Shown: piece by piece, positions 58,202 to 64,000 of the stretch | How the letters are laid out: every line of letters starts with the position of its first letter | Numbering within the stretch: the stretch's first letter is position 1 | Source of the DNA: Amoebophrya sp. A120 | Taxonomy: Eukaryota; Protista; Dinoflagellata | Reading direction: 5' to 3' | Length of the DNA stretch: 64,000 nt | Assembly: GCA_905178155.1 (NCBI GenBank) | Contig: CAJINV010000013.1 | Location: 2,848,158-2,912,157, forward strand | Made by a program: the position numbers and the translations under genes | The notes under the pieces: generated by a model | Databases searched by the model: none | Seen by the model: the letters and a program-made list of their open reading frames with translations, nothing else | Told to the model about the DNA's origin: nothing

Positions 58202-59713
58202 GTGGTGTGGCGACCGGTGCAGGAAACGAACGGCAGCACCACGACGCCCAAAGCAGTGGTTGCCATCAAGCTGACGGACAAAAGTGGTCCGACCGACGAG
58301 GAAACAGGGATTTTGGCCGCTAGCTCCAGCGACGATGGATCTTCGGCGTACGACGTTTCTCCTATGTGCGCGGACAAGAAGGACGGCGCGACTCGACGCG
58401 ATTCGGTGTCCTCGCCCGAGGGGGGAACCGGTGTACCCCCGTGGAGCACTTCCGCCATACCTGGTGAAACAACAGAAGGGGCGGGAGCGAAAAGGCCCCA
58501 AGAAGGCAGAAAGCGGCAAGAAGTGGAGGCAGAAGTACCATCACCAAGGCGAGAGGAAGTGGTGCAAAATGACCTGGAGCGAAGTAGGTATTTTCGCAAG
58601 GAAAACGAAGCCGCTGGACAAGCTCACACCGGTCCCGCTTCTGGCTGCGTGACTCCGGGTGGGACTGGTGGCCCGGCTCCACAAGACCGAGGCCTACTGT
58701 TGGCAGGACCCGGCGCGGCTCCCTACTACTACTACCCGCACTGCCACTGGGGAAACACGGGGCACTTTCTGGTGCCATATCCGTATGCGCACACCGCAAT
58801 TTTTCGTACGCCCGTGCCCTGGAGCTCGAAGCGCGGCGGACAACAGCAAGGTGCCAAGGCATCAGCTCGCAAAGGAAAAACTAAGCCATCCGGAGGTTAT
58901 TTCCCCAGCCGCACCCGCCTGGAAGCGCTGCGAGCCTTCCAATCTGGCGACGCAAATGCGGCGCCGCCAGGAACGCCAAAAACCGAGGAAAAACTCCCGG
59001 AGGGCCATGCGTTGGAGGACTTTTTCAAAAGCGACGAAGAAATTCGCGCGCAGAGGAAGGCCTTGCTAAGCAAAAATTCTCGAGGCGCCGCTTCGGACGT
59101 TGGAGGCCACCGCCCGAGTAGCCCAAGTGACAGTAACAGTCGTGGGACCAGCGGTGACGGGAAGGACAAGGAGTGGCAACTGCGGCGCCAGATCATTGCT
59201 TGGCAGGAAGCTGTGAATGAAGACAATAAGCGACGAGATGCACAAGCGATGTTCCTCCACCCGGGTGGACGAGCGGGCACAAATTTCGCAAACACAGAAT
59301 CTATTTTGCAAGGTACTTCTGCAGACAAAAAAGGTCCTCGTTCCCAACATGGCCGCTTGGATGTAACCCATCGTGGCTGGCACCGTGATTTCGCGCGGAC
59401 GTGGTATGGTGGTGGAAAAGGACCGACCTTGGCTGGGGAAGGACCGGCCCAAAATTTCGACTTAGCGAAACCGAAAGCGAATTTTCCGACACCGGAGCCA
59501 ACGGTGTCTAGTATGCCTTTCCGGATCGGAAAGAAAAAAGGTGTGCCCAGCTCCGCGTCCTCTTCAAGCGGATCTACAGCCGCCGGAGCGTCGGGCTCGG
59601 GCGGAGCCACGCCCGGATACTTTTTTGGCACCGGGCTGGGGGCCGCTGGTTCGGCGGCACCCGCACGCGACCTGCGGAAGCCAGTAGGCGTCTGGGCGAA
59701 GGAGATGGCGTGA
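58202..59713 (+). CDS. Hypothetical low-complexity protein (may be spliced to the upstream ORF)
   Basis: 503-aa ORF; no recognisable domain. Confidence 0.45.
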   Translation: MVWRPVQETNGSTTTPKAVVAIKLTDKSGPTDEETGILAASSSDDGSSAYDVSPMCADKKDGATRRDSVSSPEGGTGVPPWSTSAIPGETTEGAGAKRPQEGRKRQEVEAEVPSPRREEVVQNDLERSRYFRKENEAAGQAHTGPASGCVTPGGTGGPAPQDRGLLLAGPGAAPYYYYPHCHWGNTGHFLVPYPYAHTAIFRTPVPWSSKRGGQQQGAKASARKGKTKPSGGYFPSRTRLEALRAFQSGDANAAPPGTPKTEEKLPEGHALEDFFKSDEEIRAQRKALLSKNSRGAASDVGGHRPSSPSDSNSRGTSGDGKDKEWQLRRQIIAWQEAVNEDNKRRDAQAMFLHPGGRAGTNFANTESILQGTSADKKGPRSQHGRLDVTHRGWHRDFARTWYGGGKGPTLAGEGPAQNFDLAKPKANFPTPEPTVSSMPFRIGKKKGVPSSASSSSGSTAAGASGSGGATPGYFFGTGLGAAGSAAPARDLRKPVGVWAKEMA

Positions 59714-61309
59714 GATTTTTGGGGATTCGCATTTACCGCCGCATGTCAAGCTAGATAAAGAAGATAAAACGCAGTACCGGTCGAGCACTATTTTTTCATA
59801 CACGGACCAAGGTTTAGAAGACCCGCACTTTATTATTTTTTGTATCAACCCTGTTGGAGCTCCTGCAGTTATGCAGGCTAGGCGATGTCTTTCCATATTC
59901 GACTTTACTGTTTACTTTGTACGATTGTTTAGGGCTTTATATGATCGCGAAAACCACAACGAGCGGCGACTGCCGCTGCCACTGGAGGCGGCCATCGCGG
60001 AGGAGAAGCTCCGCTTTGCTATTGAAGAGGCGTTGTCAACAAGCTGCCTCGTGATCAGATACAGATACTCATGGTGCTACGGAAGTAGATACGCGCGTGT
60101 GATATAGCAAGCAACTAAGCGAGCATAGCTGCACAAGAAAGCTTGTGTATCATGTTAATGTGCTTATTTGATTGTGTTAGAATTGGAAGTTTCATTTAGC
60201 TCGCTCTTACTTTACGGCAAAGAGTTTCGTAGTGCAATCCGGTCGTTGTGTTGCTCTCCCGAAGGAGATGCTTCTTCACATCAGAGCCAAAATGTTGAGT
60301 AGGCTCGGCTGCACTTTATGCTTTCTTGAGTGGTTTTATATATCAATGGTTTCATTTCATCACCGTGACGGCTTGTTCAGGACCAAATATATTGACAGGA
60401 ATGCAGAGAATCACTGCGCAGGATGAGCAGGACGCGTTTATGCTGTTTCGTTTGTGGTTTTTATGGCAGCGCAGGTTTTCGAATCCGCGCGCTCGTGTTT
60501 TGGCCTTAGACATATGTTGAAGAGTTCTTGTGAACCAGCAGGTTGCTGGGAACGGTTATGGTTCAGCAGTTGTTTTCCAGTCGTCAAATAGAAGCATCGT
60601 ACTCGCACAAAGGTAAGTTCGTTCTTTGCGGTATTCGTTCCTTTTTCGTCGTGCAGACAGCTTTCAAGTAATAAAGTCGTTCGTGTTCTCTGGTCGTCCC
60701 TTTCCGAGCCGCCAGGTGCTCTTGACGTCCCGGACGAAACTACAAAGTTTCGTCGCGTTTGTCATCGTTAAAAATTCTCCGTCGGCTCCACTAGTAGGTT
60801 GGATAGAAACATCACATCAGCGGTCGCATGTCATGTGTACAACAGACGAAGTAGGAGTACATAGGCAATGCGTCAACTTTCACAGGTGAAACTACACAAG
60901 CAGCAACCCCTTCCCGCCTTCAGAAATCCACAGAGACGACTCTACTGCGGTTTTTTACTACTGAGCCTAAGGAGCGCAACTTTTCGGACACTTCACAGTT
61001 TTTGATTTCGTTTTTAGCGACTGCGGCACACTAGCCCCCGATCCGAAGTCCATCTCTTCATTCTAACTCGTGGGTAGTCCTGCGCATTATACATAAAGCT
61101 GAAGCTCAGCGTTGCACAGGTGTTCATTTCTGCTTTTCCAGTACATTAAAGAACAGCGCAGCTGTTGCGTGTTCAATAAGGCACGAGCATGGGACGACAC
61201 TCCACCACCAAGCGGGCCACCCGGTCGTGGGCGCTCGCCGTCACGGGAACTACGTCCGCGCGTTCAAGCTGTCCAATGTCGGCCGTTTATTGCGCTGCAA
61301 CCTGTCTCG

Positions 61310-61665
61310 GACTAGAGCAGTTGCTAGCATGCTCCTGAGATCAATGAGATCGAAGAGATAGGCTCTAAGTATACCGATTATAGGTAGACGGTCAACTACT
61401 AGCCTAGAGGGGTCACACGAGTAGGATCACAGTACTAGAATCACTAGGACCACATGGGTCACACACTACACCACTAGGATGGTGACAGGATGATAACCAT
61501 ATCAATGGCAACAACGTACACACAGTGCCAGAATGGCTTCTGGTCTACGGGCCAGTAGCTGGAATAACGAAAAGCCCTTTCTCTCCGTAGTACCTACTAG
61601 GTAGGTGCTTAGATAGTAACTCTGTTCTCTATCTTCGGACAGCATGCTAGTGAGCATACCCAGTC
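61310..61665. repeat. Structured ~356-bp repeat, copy 1
   Basis: Aligns by eye with 62496-62852; ends are complementary. Confidence 0.85.
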
Positions 61666-62495
61666 CCTGACGCTTTGAGACGTCCCCAGTGGGAAAGGTA
61701 AGAACTACTAGCCCCCTTCCCCCCATAGGTCCCTGCATAAGAGCAGCGGACGAGCCACCCATGCTCAGGGCTGTAGTCGCCTCCCTGTGTGGCTATGCCG
61801 CGCTTGGAGTGCCGAATTAGCGCAAGGCGCTAGAAAGGGCAAAAGTCCCCTCGCACAACATCCGTCGATGACGCATGTTGGAGCGAGTGCGGGACAGCAT
61901 GAAATGTTTAGGGTACCGCAATCCCAGAGATGGGAGCGCGCGGCATTTGAAAGCCTACGAATAGGGAGCGATGTATGCCTCGTGCATATTTTTCCTCACC
62001 TAGCTTCAAAAACTTCGAAGGCCTGAAAGCCTTAGCCTTGATAGGAGTATGCTGAGGATAGCACTCAGCAAATATTCTTAGCCTTACAAATTCAGCACTC
62101 GCGCACCATCACAAGCGCACCGCGTTGCTGTTCGAAGCTTCGCGCATATAGTTGAATCTCGGTCAGAAGATTCGACTAGAGATCTCGGGCAAGAGATGCA
62201 TGGCTCCACGGCTCTCAGGACGGATCATACCTTGATCCTGATTCTGAGACCCGAGCAGCATATGCTTGCGTTTACCGCTTTGTATTAGTGGCAAGACACA
62301 TTTGCCGAGTATTATGAGCTTCAGGCTCATCGTAGATTTTACTACAACTCTACCAGTTTCACTACTGTGCGCCCCGTAGTAGATCAGCAATAGATGATTG
62401 CTGACTATGTATAGATTTTCTCTTCATCGTTTTGGCAGCTACTCCGACTCATTTGATCAGGAGCAGGGGAGTGTATTGCGCAGCAACTTGTCGTA

Positions 62496-62852
62496 GACTA
62501 GAGCTGACGCTAGCATGTTCCTGAGATCAATGAGATCATAGAGATAGGCCAACCGTATACCGATAGGTAGATGAAGATCTAGACACATAGAGGGGCCGCA
62601 CTAGTAGGATCACACCAAGGGGATCACTAGGATGACTAGGATCACACGCACTACACCACTAGGATGGTGAACCAGGTAACCATGACAATGGTATCAATGT
62701 AAATGAATACAGTGCCAGAATGGCTTCTGGTCTCCGGGCCAGTAGCTTGAAGAAACAAATGCCCTGAACTCCGTAGCACCTTAACCTCTTAGGTGCCTAG
62801 ATAGTAACTCTGTTCTCTATCTCAGGACAGCATGCTAGTGCGCATGCCAGTC
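62496..62852. repeat. Structured ~357-bp repeat, copy 2
   Basis: Aligns by eye with 61310-61665. Confidence 0.85.
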
Positions 62853-62860
62853 CTCGGTGG

Positions 62861-63415
62861 TTGACACCTCGACAAACTACGTCCGCGTTCAAGCTGTCCA
62901 ATGTCGGCCGTCCCATTTTGAACGGCAGGAGAGATCGTCGCGATCCGGCCGCGGCGGGACCAACGGACTCGGAATCCTTCGCCTCGCTGCTGCAGCAAAA
63001 AACGAAAAATAAAGTCGGCACCCAGAAAGTCAAAGCGGCGAAGGCCTCGTCGACGTCGCGGAAGGGAGAAAAGAGCGACGCACTACTGTACCAACTGCAA
63101 CAGGCAAAGGCCGAGCTAACGGAGGCAGAGGCGGAGCTCGAGGCGGCAAGGGAAGAGCTGGAAGAGGCATCCTGGAAGGCCGCCGCGGAGCTGCAGGAGA
63201 AGCACCACCTAGCAATGAAGGGTGCTGTGTACACGTCTCCCGCTGAGGCGCAAGCGGCGAACCTGCCTACCCTGTACCGTCCTTTTGACCTGATGGCCGT
63301 GTGCGAGAAGGACTTTTTCGAATTTGTTGTTCAGTGCTGCCGCGACGAATTCAGCTCTGCGGCGAACTCAATGGAAAACACGGCGCCGCTGGTATCCCGG
63401 ACGCAAGAAAGCTAG
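62861..63415 (+). CDS. Hypothetical coiled-coil ORF, possibly an element remnant
   Basis: 184-aa frame without an early ATG; 'QQAKAELTEAEAELEAAREELEE'. Confidence 0.3.
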   Translation: MTPRQTTSAFKLSNVGRPILNGRRDRRDPAAAGPTDSESFASLLQQKTKNKVGTQKVKAAKASSTSRKGEKSDALLYQLQQAKAELTEAEAELEAAREELEEASWKAAAELQEKHHLAMKGAVYTSPAEAQAANLPTLYRPFDLMAVCEKDFFEFVVQCCRDEFSSAANSMENTAPLVSRTQES

Positions 63416-64000
63416 CATCCCTGAAAAGAAATTATGTGATACTGCGGAAAAATAGAAAAGAGAAAGACGCACGCCTGTGGTAAGTAAAAACAGCGTGTGC
63501 GCTGCTATGTCATGGGCGTCTTGTAGCCCGTGTGGCCACACCTTTATTTGTCAATAAGCAAGCACCAAACTGATGATGATGATAACGGCGGTATGATGAA
63601 TGATTTTCTTCATTTTTCCAAATAAACATAAGCTGGATGATGTGATGCGCGCTGTAGCTTTCTCTTGCTTTGATAGTCGAGCGAAGCGGACAAGGTGTGG
63701 TGTGATGAAATGGTGCAGAAGTTTATCAAAGTGAAGACCTCTCCTTCGTTCCCACGTTCAAACAAGGACTGATTTTGCAGGATTGGCGTAGTCAAGTCGT
63801 CTTGCAAGAAAGCTATGGCTTAGTACGAATGTTCTGTCACGCTATTGCTTTGCGTGGAGTGCCTTCGCCTATGAAACCGAATAGGCGACAGTCATTCGCT
63901 GCTATTCGCGACTAGAATCCGTATTCTTTGTCTTCTTGCGTGACATAACCAAAGACAGCATCAGTCGATATCTTCTCTCCAATACGGAGAGGGGTGATTT

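Noticed and set aside
61310-62852. LTR pair, or SRP / RNase P / hammerhead RNA
   Set aside because: No TG...CA ends, PBS, PPT or TSD, and the diagnostic RNA motifs were not found by eye.
1-64000. Autonomous transposase, reverse transcriptase or recombinase for the introners
   Set aside because: No DDE, RT, YR or HUH motifs recognised in any ORF.

Overview
Eukaryotic genomic DNA. The intron style matches the non-canonical 'introner' introns reported for the parasitic dinoflagellate Amoebophrya, but the species is an inference. All nine genes from 1 to ~53.8 kb are on the minus strand: a CEP290-like coiled-coil protein, a CUB-like membrane protein, a WD40-like protein, a PAN/mucin-like protein, a VTT/DedA-family protein, DNA polymerase kappa, a cyclase-type membrane anchor fused to a START domain, MsrB and an MFS transporter. 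A GC/AT/GC strand-switch region follows, then plus-strand hypothetical ORFs. The dominant feature is about 43 short (157-388 bp) non-coding TIR elements from at least 8 unrelated families inserted in coding exons, 26 of them in the CEP290-like gene. They share one grammar: TAT...ATA termini, a 5-bp target-site duplication (TSD), inward-facing TTGTNATGC motifs and no GT-AG. Removing the element plus exactly one TSD copy restores the reading frame in either orientation. Also present are a palindromic array of the same motif next to an N gap, an intronic satellite and two diverged copies of a ~356-bp structured repeat. Gene models were spliced by hand with no RNA data. TSDs are given on the + strand as left/right unless stated.
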